Positions 27,337-39,800 are shown, counted from the stretch's first letter. The stretch: DNA of 64,000 nucleotides from Octopus sinensis (GCF_006345805.1 NC_043018.1:14012001-14076000); one strand, 5' to 3'. Numbers and translations: made by a program. Notes: a model not told the origin generated them from the letters alone.

Positions 27337-27403
27337 CCTACTGACGAAGACTAGCCTCAGTAAATATTTTTTTACTGGAGTTAGTCTGAAACCATGGTCT
27401 AGG
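27337..27403 (+). ncRNA. intact-looking type-I hammerhead ribozyme
   Basis: CCUA-CUGACGA-AGACUA...UAGUCU (stem II about 16 bp)-GAAAC-CAUG-GUC/UAGG. Canonical core; predicted cleavage after 27399. Confidence 0.85.
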
Positions 27404-27541
27404 AACAAACTGAGATGGTAAACGTTTTTAATTTTCATTCCTTTCGAGTATTTATCCCTAATTAGTGGTTTGAGTTTTCTGCTGCTCTTTCTAGCACAAG
27501 GCTTTCCTATTTGGAAGCTTCTTAATGTGTTTTAACGTACA

Positions 27542-27584
<43 letters not shown>

Positions 27585-27614
27585 ATATATACTATATTTC
27601 ACAAGAATGGTGAT

Positions 27615-27660
27615 GACAGTGACATCGATGTTTCGAACTACTATCCTTTATCGGACTGTC
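27615..27660 (-). ncRNA. degenerate type-I hammerhead motif
   Basis: GACAGU-CCGAUAA-A-GGA-UAGUAG-UUC-GAAAC-AUCGAU-GUC/ACUGUC. Stem I is 6 bp, stem III is palindromic, core has G8A. Confidence 0.6.
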
Positions 27661-27769
27661 CGATGAACGTTAGTGGGCCAGAAATTCAAAGTCCCTGTTA
27701 CTACTATTCTTTTAAATTTATGACATCTACTCTTGTATTGAGTAATTTTTAAAATTGTTTTTTTATCAT

Positions 27770-28147
27770 AATGCTGGAGTACCGCTTTTAGTCGAGCAAA
27801 TCGACCCCGGGACTTATTCTTTGTAAGCCCAGTGCTTATTCTATCGGTCTCTTTTGCTGAAGAGCTAAGTGACGGGGACGTAAACACACCGGCATCGGTT
27901 GTCAAGCAATGCTAGGGAGACTAGCACAAACACACAAACACACAAATACACACACACACATACATATATATATACATATATACGACAGGCTTCTTTCAGT
28001 TTCCGTCTACCAAATCCAATCACAAAGCATTGGTCGGCCCGGGGCTATAGCGGAAGACATTTGCCCAAGATGCCACGCAGTGGGACTGAACCCGGAACCA
28101 TGTGGTTGGTTAGCAAGCTACTTACCACACAGCCACTCCTGCGCCTA
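27770..28147 (-). mobile_element. SINE family A, near full length
   Basis: Head at 28147, internal (CA)/(TA) tract, tail to about 27770. Confidence 0.88.
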
Positions 28148-28465
28148 TAATGTGACATAAAAAGAAACAAAATTCAAAATATGCAACCGTTAGTCCAGAC
28201 AAGATCTTTTTTGCAAATCAATCAAAATTTAAAACAGATTTACAAATTTAGAAATTGCTTCAAAAGGTATTTCCCGAGAGATTTCTAAATAAAAAGAAGT
28301 TATATAGCCAAAAATAAAGACGAAACGATTAGACGGAAATTAAAGAAATTTTCGCCTGCGGTTAAATCAATCGCTGCATTATAGAATAAACCGTGCCATT
28401 GTTACTGCAGTTAACTATTGTCGCGAAAATTTCAATCTTTATCTTAACTTGGCCTCATTTCGTTT

Positions 28466-28468
<3 letters not shown>

Positions 28469-28546
<78 letters not shown>

Positions 28547-28766
28547 TTATTATTATATTATTATTATTATTATTATTATATTATTATGATTATTATTATT
28601 TTATTATTATTATTATTATATTATTATTATTATTATTATTATCGAATAAGAGAGCATATTATTATGGCATGCACTGCTCTGTCATTCGATAATAATAATA
28701 AGAAGAATAAATTATTATTATTATTATTATTATTACCATTTTTATTATTATTATGACTATTATTAT
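28469..28766. repeat. (TTA)n microsatellite; tail or target of the adjacent Dong-like LINE
   Basis: Seen directly; abuts the LINE 3' UTR. Confidence 0.9.
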
Positions 28767-29302
28767 TCTATGTTTTACTTTTGCTTTATATTTGTACAAG
28801 TTGGCTCCAAGTCTCACCCACAGACCTCAAGAGACAACAGGCTGGGAGTTCATGTTGTTGTTATGCCTAGTGTGCCATATATTTGGGTTTTTTTTTTAGT
28901 GTTGTACTAGTGAATGTCAAAAAAAAAATCTACGAAAAGTATGTTTGTTTTTATACTTGAGATTACATAGAAAGTATTTTGCGTAGGATATGAGCAGTTC
29001 CCATGTGCACTATCTTTTGAATTTCTGCCATTTTGGGGTTTCCTGGTATCTGAGTTAGGTAGCAATCAGCCCCTTTTGCTATCATTCCCAGGGCACCTAT
29101 GACAACAGGTATTGTTTTAGTCTTCAGGTTCCACATTTTGCTGATTTCTATTTCAAGATCTTTATATTTGCTCAGTTTTTGGTAGGTCTTGACAGATACG
29201 TTTATATCGATTGGGACAGTCATATCAATGAGGAGGTATGTTCTTTGTCTGACGTCTTTCAATATGATGTCTGGCCTATTTGCATCTATCTTTCTGTCAG
29301 TC
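28767..29302 (-). mobile_element. 3' end of R4/Dong-like LINE: restriction-like endonuclease domain plus 3' UTR
   Basis: Open frame TDRKIDANRPDIILKD...LLIDMTVPIDINVSVKTYQKLSKYKDL...IPVVIGALG... ends at 28963 and matches the PD-(D/E)xK RLE motif. Ends in (TAA)n. Confidence 0.9.
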
Positions 29303-29950
29303 TAAACAAAATACCAGGAACTTTAGACTACAAGAACTCAAAAACACTCTAATTGACAGACATTACCCAGTTCAACTCATAGAGGATGGGATCAGACGTG
29401 CAACAGAAATCGACATAGTAACTTTGAGAAAAGTTCAACACACAACACACCTTCCCCGAAAATACTGCCTTACATATCCACATACAACCCCAGAAACAAA
29501 GAAGCCTTCACCATCATCACCCAGAATTTACCAATGCTTCATAAGGACCCCAAATTAAAGGAAATTCTAAACATACATAAAATCATTAAAAGCTACAAAC
29601 AAGCTAAATCACTTAAAAAGATTCTCACAAAGGCAAAATTGTTTTCTGAAATTACGGATGCAAAAGTAAAAAATGTGGTAGACCAAACTGTGCAACATGC
29701 CCAAACCTTCTAGAAGGATCAGAATTCCTTTTCAAAGAGGGAAAAAAAATTCAAGATCAGATCTAATTTTACTTGTACTTCTGAAAACATAATTTATGTC
29801 ATAAGATGCTCGGGCTGCCACCAAAACTACGTGGGGTCCACGGGGCTATCACTCAGACGCCGCTGCACTCTGCATCGAAAACAGATTGCATTCCCAGAAT
29901 ACAGAATGATACCCTTTAGTGAGCATATTGAGAAATGCGCAAAGCAACTA
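29303..29950 (+). mobile_element. Penelope-like element fragment: RT thumb, Cys-rich linker and GIY-YIG endonuclease (Neptune-like)
   Basis: With frameshifts: RLQELKNTLIDRHYP...; KCGRPNCATCP; FTCTSENIIYVIRCSGCHQNYVGSTGLSLRRRCTLH...FSEHIEKC. Confidence 0.88.
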
Positions 29951-30725
29951 CTACCACAATGACTGAAACAAGTAAAAGAGAGAAAAAGAGAGTATATATA
30001 TATATATATATATATATGGATGTATTATACGTACATGCATACACATATATTTATACATATTCATATATGCATATATGTGTGTATATGCATGTATTATGCA
30101 TGTATGAATATATGCATGCGTGTATGTACGTAAGAATGAATGCATGTATGTATGTGTGTGTGTATGTATGTATGTATGTATGTATGAAACATTCAAAATA
30201 GGATACGTAAAATAACTATTTTGCAAGAATTGTGTTATTTATTACACCCATTCCCTGTCTAATGGAAGTCGAAAGTCTGCGGTTGTGCAATCATGTTTTT
30301 ATAAAGACACAGTGATAATATTTCAAGTAGATATTGTCTTTACGTGACGACAAACAGACTTCCTTGGAAATGGAGTTTTATATCTTCTCATTTTCAATTT
30401 ATAAATTCTTAATGATTTCCATCATTTCCTATATATCAAGTCGGAAATAATTAAAATCTAGAAAAATTCTAATGCGTTTGTGTGTATGTTTTTCTTTCTG
30501 CATGTAATTACACAAATGCTATCATCCAAGCACACACAATCGCACACTTATTCACGAAAATACATATCTATGTACACGCAGGCGACATGTATGTGCAACC
30601 TACGCTCCACATTTATACATAGATATATATATACATGTATATACATTTACATATACATACATACATACATACATACATACATACATACATACATACATAC
30701 ACACACATACACACACACACACACA

Positions 30726-30769
<44 letters not shown>

Positions 30770-31607
30770 CACATACACACGCATGCATACATATGCACAC
30801 ACTCACACACAGATATGTATTCAGTGATACTTACGTTTGTATATATAGGCTTACGAAAATATAAATACATCGTATGAAGCACAGGCAGAAGCGATTTGTA
30901 AATGTATATGCATATATAAGTAGTGTACGAGTATGCATAATGTGTTTACATATACAGGTGTAGAAATTAATGTTGACACACCTTCGCACACACACAGACA
31001 TATAATATATAAATTTCTTTGCACATACTTCCAAGACTCTATTTATACACAACCACTTATATGCATGCAAATTTGTATATACACACATGTAAGCACCTTG
31101 TACAAAATTGCATGTGTAGCAACAGATATGTCTGTCCACATAAACAAATATATTTTTGCACTAACCACATTCATACACATCAACAAATCTGAGAATCCAA
31201 CGATTCAGTATTGAAACAGTATGAAGACATAAATCTCAATATTATATTGTATTAACACCATTAAGACTGACAGAATCTCTGCTTGCAATTCGATACTTGA
31301 CACTTAAATGTCTTTCTAATCGACTATAATATCTGAAACTGTTAATTGTTATAGCGTTTCGTTCCGATTATGTTCGTCTTCGTTTCAGGAAATTAGAATT
31401 AAATTTCTATGAAATTGAATTTCCTTATTTTACAGCTTTTAACCATTGGATTGTGATTATGCCGAGCTTCTGACTCCAAAGGATTTTACTCGAGGATATC
31501 TATATTTTGCACCTATAATATATAATAATATAATATATAATATATAATATATAATCAGAGAAGTACCTAGTTCTAAAATCTCTAGCGAGATATAGGCAGG
31601 CAGGTAT

Positions 31608-31652
31608 CCATTACCGATGTCGGGTAAAGACCCAGAAACAATGATCTATTGG
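31608..31652 (+). ncRNA. degenerate hammerhead motif in a ~250-bp element ending in (TA)n
   Basis: CCAUUA-CCGAUGU-C-GGGU-AAAG-ACCC-A-GAAAC-AAUG-AUC/UAUUGG. Confidence 0.45.
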
Positions 31653-31805
31653 TCTTGCCAAGCTGTGGTGGGGAGTGATTCGTTTCCTTACTCACAATAT
31701 CTCGAACATAGGTTTTTTGTCGTTAACCAGCTGGAAAAGACGTTTTCCTGGGTTTAAGATTTAGTAACACAGTTCCGTATAGAACAAACATGTTATAGTG
31801 ACAAG

Positions 31806-31858
<53 letters not shown>

Positions 31859-32017
31859 CACAGACAACTCAGATAACCACTAAATCCAAGAGCTCTATAG
31901 ATTTAAACACGTAAGTGTAACCCTTCCTTTGTGACTTGTTTGAAAAATGCAAAGGAAAAAGTTTTAATAAATCGTATTTACATGCCTATGACAGGTTTCT
32001 CAAATACTGTAGAATGT

Positions 32018-32231
32018 TAGTTTCACATTTTGGCACAAGGCCAACAGGTCTGGGGGTGGAGTAAGTCAATCAGCTTAATCCCGGTGTTCAATTGGCACTT
32101 ATTTTATCGACCCCCAAGAAAGATGAAAGCAGGGTCGACCACAGCTGGTTTTGAACACAGAATGTAAAGGCGGACAAAACGACGTTAAACATTTTCCCGG
32201 TGTGCTAACGATTCTGCCAGGTCACCGCCTT
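32018..32231 (-). mobile_element. diverged SINE family B
   Basis: Reverse-complement head GTGCTAACGATTCTGCCAG..CCGCC and body CTTATTTTATCGACCCC. Confidence 0.75.
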
Positions 32232-33191
32232 ACTTTACTGTAATACGTTGATGACCCTTAAGTGATAATAGAACCCTAAGCCAAGATCGTTGATCAGCAG
32301 CAGTAGCGAACTCAGAACCACGTGATTACGAAGTCAACTTCTTAACGTCTGGAGTGGATGAAATGAAAGAAAGAATATAATAAACACATATACAAAAGTG
32401 TTGAATGTCTGTGAGTCATGAAGAGGAGGATGTGTGGGGATTGACACCAAGCGGCAGAGAATTTGGTAGGGCAGGAGGAATCTTACTGGTGACGGTTTCC
32501 ATTATTATAACCAATATTTTAAATGTAGTTGTTTCCAAGACTAGTTTCCTGATAGAAAAATTGACACGTCCATCTCATTAACGCAGAAAAGAATCGAAGT
32601 CGTTTTCAGTCTCTTTTTCATCCCCTCTCACTCCCTCTCCTTCACACACTCTTATTCTCTCTTCTATTCCATCTATTTGCCCCACCCCCGCCTGCTACAA
32701 TCTTAAAGTCTCAAACATAAAATTAGGAGAATAACATTTGCTCTTGAAGTGTAGAAACTATATTCTTTATAACGTTTATTATTAAATATTCTCTAAAGAC
32801 ATATTCTGTGTTCACTGTCATTCTTCAGTCTATTTCTTTAATGAGTATATGAAAGAACAAAACCAAATTTGGCCAAAAACAAAATACGATAAAAATCTCA
32901 AAGCACACTTTTCGTAAGTTCAAAAGAAATTTGAGTATTTTTTTTTCTGTTCATTTGTTTTAATATTTATATTTTATTTGTATATTTATTACCTTTCCTT
33001 TTTGTAGATTATAAGACAAAGTAAGAAATAATTTTAGAATTGACAGAAAGTTAGAATATCATGGAGAATTGTCAGGAGTCGTTATTTTTTTCAATAACAA
33101 CAACAACAACAACAACAACAATAATAATAATGATAATAACATCACTGAAAATAATTACAAGACAAGAGCAATATATATATATATGTGTGCG

Positions 33192-33223
<32 letters not shown>

Positions 33224-33320
33224 CAATATACACAAGTGTGTATATAAATAGCATGCATACATACATTTACCCACATAGGTTTGTGAATATATATACACAT
33301 ACATATACGAACATACATTC

Positions 33321-33362
<42 letters not shown>

Positions 33363-33413
33363 CATACATACATACATGCATATAAATACATACGTACACT
33401 CACACACATATCC

Positions 33414-33451
<38 letters not shown>

Positions 33452-34396
33452 GCACATATTTATACGCGGGATGTGTGTGGTGTAGTTAAATATATAAAGG
33501 GCCATTAAAAAAATACCTAAAGGAATATGAACGCCCATTTCTATATATATGTTATGCGTGCATGTATATATGTACGTGCTTATGTTTTTGCGTCTAGCAA
33601 AGAAAACCTATCCAAAGATATTACATATGCATCAATGAAATTATACTAACATCCTTTTACTGTTGTTTGATGTTTATGAAATTTCGGAGTTGCAAGATGG
33701 AATATCACGTTTTGGGGAGGAGGAGGAGACTTCACACTTTATGGCTAAAGATCCTTACAACTTGTAGATGCAGACGTTGTTGTTTTGGGTTGGAGTTTGT
33801 TTTTTCTTTTGTCTTGTTTTTTTTTCACATAAATCATCGCTTTTTCTCGTTAATGAATTTTGCTGTTGCTGTTGTATACTCAAGAGACCCATGATCAAAG
33901 GTGTTTTATCAATGTCCTTTCTATCTTCTCACTTAGGCAATGCATATTTCCAGCTACATTATCCAAGGTAATTTGAAATAATAAAAGAGTCAGGATTTTT
34001 TTATATACGAAAAACACCAGATGTTGGTTTGTTATAATGAATTACTTTTGTGAGGAATTATATAAAATTCTCTGTCAATGGTGTCTGTAAACCGGTTTCA
34101 AATTGAGGCATTAAATATTTCTTTCAGTAATTACACGAAGGAAAATCAAATGGATTATAAACTTTTGTCACATATCCAGATATCTACGTTATCTAAAATA
34201 TATGCATGGTTAATCCGACATTCATACTTGTTCATGTGCGTCTCCTGATGTGTTTATTCTGTATGAAAAGCATGCTGTCCAATTTTCCGACCTAGGCATT
34301 ATGTACTCTTTGCCCCTCATCAGGCTCTAACCACCCTAAAATCTTCCTGAGACGTAGCTACTCTTCCTGTGACTAAGCCGCAAAAATGTAATTTAT

Positions 34397-34714
34397 ATAT
34401 ATGAAGCTGAAGTTGTCTGTGTGTGTGTGTGTGGCAGGTTTGGTAGCCTCAACTAACATTATCTCCTCCGAGAACCTGTCGCACAAGTTGACCAAAATTG
34501 AGAGTATGATAGAAGAAAGCTTGCTCTTCATTCCGTAGAAAAAAAAAATTCAGATCGGACCATGTTAAGACCAAAAATTATTTACATCAACAGGGTGTTT
34601 TTTTTTTCTATGAAAATCCCTATTTTTTTACGATTTTATGACTGCTGTGTCGTCATTTTTCGGTGTATTTCAACCAGAAAAATGTTCACTTAAAGAGAAT
34701 AATAAGCTACATAA
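34397..34714 (+). repeat. interspersed repeat fragment, possibly a Helitron-like 5' end
   Basis: Starts ATATATATGAAGCTGAAGTTGTCTG followed by (TG)n, a layout typical of non-autonomous rolling-circle elements. No 3' CTAG hairpin seen. Confidence 0.3.
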
Positions 34715-34989
34715 TGCCTCTGATTTTCACCTCTTCCTAGCCATGAAGTTGTTTTTGAAAGGAAAGCGTTTCCCAGATGATGCAGCCTTGATTTCTGAAG
34801 TCACGTCGTGGTTGGAGGACCAAGCTAGGGCCTTCTACAAAAACGGTCTCCAGAGCTGCATCAAACGATGGGAGAAATGTGTAACTCAGGGTGGTTCCTA
34901 TGTAGAAAAAGACTAATAACTGTACCAAGTTTCGTTGCTCTACTGCTATGGGAAGGGAGTCAGGGGCATTACTTATTAAACGCCCCTCG
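34715..34989 (+). mobile_element. mariner 3' fragment with right TIR
   Basis: ASDFHLFLAMKLFLKGKRF...FYKNGLQSCIKRWEKCVTQGGSYVEKD*, ending TTACTTATTAAACGCCCCTCG-TA. Confidence 0.88.
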
Positions 34990-35333
34990 TATTTACAATT
35001 GGTATTTTTGAAATTTGCATTGACTCTTTTCCAATATTACATTCGCTAATTAAATACCCATAAATTTTCTGGATTTTTTTTTCATTCTCGTAACAAAGAA
35101 GCTTTTAAAATGAAATATAGCTGACTCTTATATCTCGAGCAATATATTTTAAAATGTTTCTGTGTTGCTTATAATGAAATTTGTATAAGATACAAATTGT
35201 TTTTATTTCCTCCTCCTTATAGACATGCTTTTAAAATGAAAGCATTTTCATCTGTTAGCAAAAAAAAAAAAATTAAAAACATAAGCGTTATTCATTTCAG
35301 TCTTACAAGTAAATCCTAATGCTTTTGTACATT

Positions 35334-35577
35334 AGCGTGGCTTTTAAATAATATGTTTGCTTCCCAACTACATGGTTCTGAGTTCAGTCCCCCTGCGTGA
35401 TACCTTAGTCTAGTGTCTTCCAGGACGACTTAAGTCTTGTGAGTGGATTTGGTAAATGGAAACTGAAATAACTCGTCGTATATTTGCATACATATATGAA
35501 TTTGTGCGTGTGTGTATATGAGTTTGCGTTTTCACCCCACTACTCCTTAACAGTTGGTGTTTATTTGCGCCTCGGTA

Positions 35578-35578
<1 letters not shown>
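35334..35578 (+). mobile_element. diverged SINE family A
   Basis: CAACTACATGGTTCTGAGTTCAGTCCC...GTGAGTGGATTTGG... Confidence 0.75.
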
Positions 35579-35629
<51 letters not shown>

Positions 35630-35633
35630 GAAA

Positions 35634-35965
35634 ATGCATGGTTCAGAGTGGTTAGAGCGTCGAGCTTACGATTGTGAGGTTGTGAGTTCGAATCCCGGAC
35701 CGGGCTGCGTGTTGTGTTCTTGAGCAAGACACTTTATTTCACGTTGCTCCAGTTCACTCAGATGTAGAAATGATATGAGATGCCATAGGTACCAAGCTGT
35801 ATTAGCCTTTGCCCTTCCCTTGAATAACACTGATAGCGTGGAGAGGGGGGCTGATATGCTTGGGCAACTGCTGGTCTTCCGTAAACAACCTTGCCCGAGC
35901 TTGTGCCTGGGAGGGTAACTTTCTAGGTGCAATCCCACGGTCAGTCATGACTGAAGTGGGTCTCA
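35634..35965 (+). mobile_element. SINE family C variant with long tail
   Basis: tRNA-like head with GAGTTCGAATCCC. Tail GGTAACTTTCTAGGTGCAATCC is shared with the inverse copy at 58785-59092. Confidence 0.8.
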
Positions 35966-36139
35966 GCATTATATGTATAAATGTTTATGCTTCCCCAAAT
36001 AAAATAAAACTGCACTTTATGTTTGAAGCGCCAATGAAGCTATAGATGATACACGAGCATTCAACTAAGAGTGCATTGCATCTTTTAACAGAATGAGCTG
36101 TAAACTAATAGAGGTCATGACTACACACACACACACACC

Positions 36140-36253
<114 letters not shown>

Positions 36254-36254
36254 A

Positions 36255-36301
<47 letters not shown>

Positions 36302-37033
36302 GTATATATATATATATATATGTATATATGATATATATTTTTTAATTCTGTAATTAGATTGTTTAATTATTACATTTTAATTATTCTAAATTTTTTTATT
36401 TATTTCTAAATTTATTCTTTATGTAAATTTATCTTAATCATTCAGAATCGTAATTAAAGTAATTTTTAAATATTTCTTCTTTTAAGGAATTGAATTTTTA
36501 AAAAGTTTTCATTAATTCAACCTGTCTTATACTTATTTTATATTCAGAATCAATACTCATCATATGGCATTTCCATCGTATCGTAAAAAATTATCTACGA
36601 AGTAGCTTGCTTCTATATACATCGACTGTATATCTGAATTGGTTAGTATTAGTTTAAACGAGGTAGGAATTTTTCCATAAACACTTCTCCAGTTGACAGG
36701 TAAGATTGAAGAAACTCAGTATCATATTACGATTCTAGCATGATCAGGTAATTCCAATTCCTAAGTAGGTCTGCTTAAATATCACCCGACGTCTTATACC
36801 GGTTAAATGTTTTTAGTTTTACTAGTGTCTCCCTTCAAATGTTCGCTGTTCCAAGCAGCGCGCAAAACTGTTTAAACATTGTCTTTCTCTCCTCTTTTGT
36901 GTTTATGTGTGTGTGTGTCTGTGTCTGCCTGTGTCTGTGTGTTTGCGTGTGCGTTTGTGTGTGTGTGTGTGTGTGTATACATACATACATACATACATTC
37001 ATACATACATACATACATACATACATACATACA

Positions 37034-37064
<31 letters not shown>

Positions 37065-37102
37065 TCAGATAAATATATATGCTAACAACATCACAGGATT
37101 GC

Positions 37103-37132
<30 letters not shown>

Positions 37133-37133
<1 letters not shown>

Positions 37134-37278
37134 GAATATCTACAGACTTAGATTCCTTAGAAGAGCAAAAGTGGAGGGTATCAAGGTAGAGTATGTAAGA
37201 TCTGCTCACAAAAAGTCAAGCAAATGGAAGCCTCCGGGAAAGGAGGCTAACTTCTGGTTGAACGCCTTCCCAGAGAGC
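37133..37278 (+). mobile_element. R4/Dong-like LINE RT N-terminal fragment after (AAT)n
   Basis: VRSAHKKSSKWKPPGKEANFWLNAFPESHELL (WKxPG..NFW motif). Confidence 0.75.
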
Positions 37279-37378
37279 CATGAACTGCTAACAACACTTT
37301 GCGTGTGTGTCTGTATGTGTGTGTATCTGTATGTGTATATTATATATATATATATATAAATATATATATCTATAATAG

Positions 37379-38008
37379 AAATATAAAATAACTAAGTCTC
37401 TCTAAAAGAGAACAGCGGCAGCGTTCCCGGAAAATAATAGTTATCGCCATACTAATATGGCATTATAAAAATAAGAAAAAAGCTGTCCGCTTATTAGCTC
37501 CATGACCTCCCTTGTTCGAAGGTTATAGGATACAGTTTGTGTATCCAAATAGCTAACTTAAGGCGATGGCCTCATGGAGCTAATAAGCGGACAGCTTTTT
37601 TCTTATTTTTATAAGAATGCCATATTAGTATGGCGATAACTATTATTTTCCGGACGCTTGCCGCTGTTCTCTTTTAGAGAGACTTAGTTATTTTAATATT
37701 TCTTTATTAACAAAACAAGTGGATGTATTCCACCGAAACTAGGTAAATAAAACCATCGAACAGAGATTGTCGGAAGCGACACCTAATGGCTGCTACGCTG
37801 CATTGAAAAGGGCAATACTCCGAAACGCGTCTGTAGCTGCCGGTCAAGTAGTGTGGAGCGACTGACCTCCCTTGTTCGAAGGTTATATGGATACAGTTTG
37901 TGTATCAAATAGCTAACTTAAGGCGATGGCCTCATGGAGCTAATAAGCGGACAGCTTTTTTCTTATTTTATAAAATGCCATATTAGTATGGCGATAACTA
38001 TTATTTTA
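37379..38008 (+). mobile_element. PLE pLTR-like element: inverted segment plus 360-bp partial tandem, with hammerhead-like motifs
   Basis: 37379-37505 is inverted relative to 37572-37700. 37503-37650 repeats directly at 37863-38008. GAAACGCGTC motif with stem I GCUACG/UGUAGC at 37792-37837. Flanked by (TA)n. Confidence 0.75.
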
Positions 38009-38019
38009 TATATATATAG

Positions 38020-38057
<38 letters not shown>

Positions 38058-38866
38058 ACACACATGCATACATACGTGCATATGTAAACTAGTGTAAATA
38101 TATGTGTTTATACGTAAATATTTATATGTGTACCAGAGATTTTTTCTTTTACGCGTGTTGGGATTTGACTATGAGCAACAGCTTAAATCGTAGTAAACTT
38201 TTCATGAATATAGAAGTTAGAGTAGAAATTTGGTCAAATAGGACACAAAAAGAGCAGAATAGTAATTAAATTCGTTGCAATATTTTTCTCCTCTGTATCG
38301 GTTTGTACTTTACTAACTTCGTTGTTTTTTTGTTTTTTTTTCTCAGTGATAATATTCAAATTTCTTCAGATAATTTCTTTACTAAAAGATATTCTGAAAA
38401 CCTAATTTTTCACCTACGACTTCTTTATTGTTTTCCTAGAAACCTTCAGGCAAAAACGGAACCAAAAATGCAAACGATTCAACGCTGACAAACGTCGAAC
38501 TTTTGTGCTGTGTTGAACGTTTCTATTTGCAAATGACAAGTGAGAAACGGCAATTCTAAATAGACAAACTCACCATTGTCTATATTGAGCATCAGTTGAA
38601 CATCTGAACAAAATAAATCAGTTTGGAATACTAATATCTAAGGACAAACAATATGCAAACATATAAACAGAAATAAAAAGAAAACCAACAAATAAAAAAT
38701 AAAAATAAAAAACTAAAGAGGAGTAAAATAACAGCACATTTGTACTAACTAAGAATATTAGTACTTCTCTCTCTTTCTGTCTCCCTCTCTCACCCCTCTT
38801 ACAATATGCAGGTACTCAGACATACAGAGAGATTCTTCCCCACCCGCACATCTACGATTATCTTTG

Positions 38867-38909
<43 letters not shown>

Positions 38910-38912
<3 letters not shown>

Positions 38913-39146
38913 GGGGTTGGCCCCAAAAAAGTCACCCAACGGTAAATCAAAATTGCTTAAATACTATCTGTAATTCTGTAATGACTCGAATGGAAAAATA
39001 TGCCGCTCAGGAAGGACTTCAGTTTGAACTATTTTCATGATGTTTCATATTTGGTTGCTTTTATTAAACCCATTCAGTTGTTAAACATAAATAAATCTTG
39101 GAAATAAATGGTTTTGATTTAATACCAGGTGACTTTTGGTCAACCT

Positions 39147-39148
<2 letters not shown>
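38910..39148. mobile_element. Tc1/mariner-type MITE inserted in (TA)n
   Basis: TIRs CACGGGGTTGGCCCCAAAAAAGTCACC and GGTGACTTTTGGTCAACCTTG, with TA flanks. Confidence 0.7.
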
Positions 39149-39187
<39 letters not shown>

Positions 39188-39235
39188 TATATTATATATA
39201 TATATATATAATATATATATATATGTATGTATATA

Positions 39236-39435
39236 ATAGAAATATTAAAATTACTAAGTCTCTCTAAAGGAGATTACGGCAGCGTTACTGGAAATTAATA
39301 GTTTTCGCCATACTTATATGGCTGTCTTATAAATATAAGACTAAAGCTGTCGCTGATTAGCTCCAAGAGGCCACCGCCTCAAGCTAGCTATTTGACACAC
39401 AACCTGCGTCCATTATAAACCTTCGAACAGGGGAT
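39236..39435 (-). mobile_element. diverged copy of the 37379-38008 family
   Basis: ACTAAGTCTCTCTAAA...CGCCATACT...AAAGCTGTC...AACCTTCGAACAGGG is homologous. Adjacent to (TA)n. Confidence 0.75.
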
Positions 39436-39800
39436 ATGTATATACTTATGTATTTATGTATTTACGTATGCTATAATTTATATGAATCCGATAAAAACAA
39501 AATAGTAAAAACAATATAGTAAAATAATGATTCAGACAGAATCAGGACCTGAAAAGATATGCACCAGGTAGGTTTGGATAAACCTGTGGTTCCAGCTTAT
39601 GGTTGGTATCAAATAGGATATTCCGGTTGTGTACTCAGAGAAAACCAACCCTATGGGTATTTAACACCTAGGGGCTGGTCCAAAGCAGTCATTACATTGA
39701 ATTGTACATTTTTGGTATACTCTAGGGTGTCCAACAAGTTGTAAATCCCCTTGGTGTATTATAATCCAATGAATAATAACAGACGATGGATAATTGTCAG

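Larger units (their letters stand above)
26793..27545 (+). mobile_element. retrozyme/pLTR-like element with two hammerheads and a ~92-bp direct repeat, embedded in (TA)n
   Basis: HHRs at 26834-26891 and 27337-27403. Direct repeat at about 26975-27067 and 27454-27546. A related fragment lies at 3730-3806. Confidence 0.7.
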
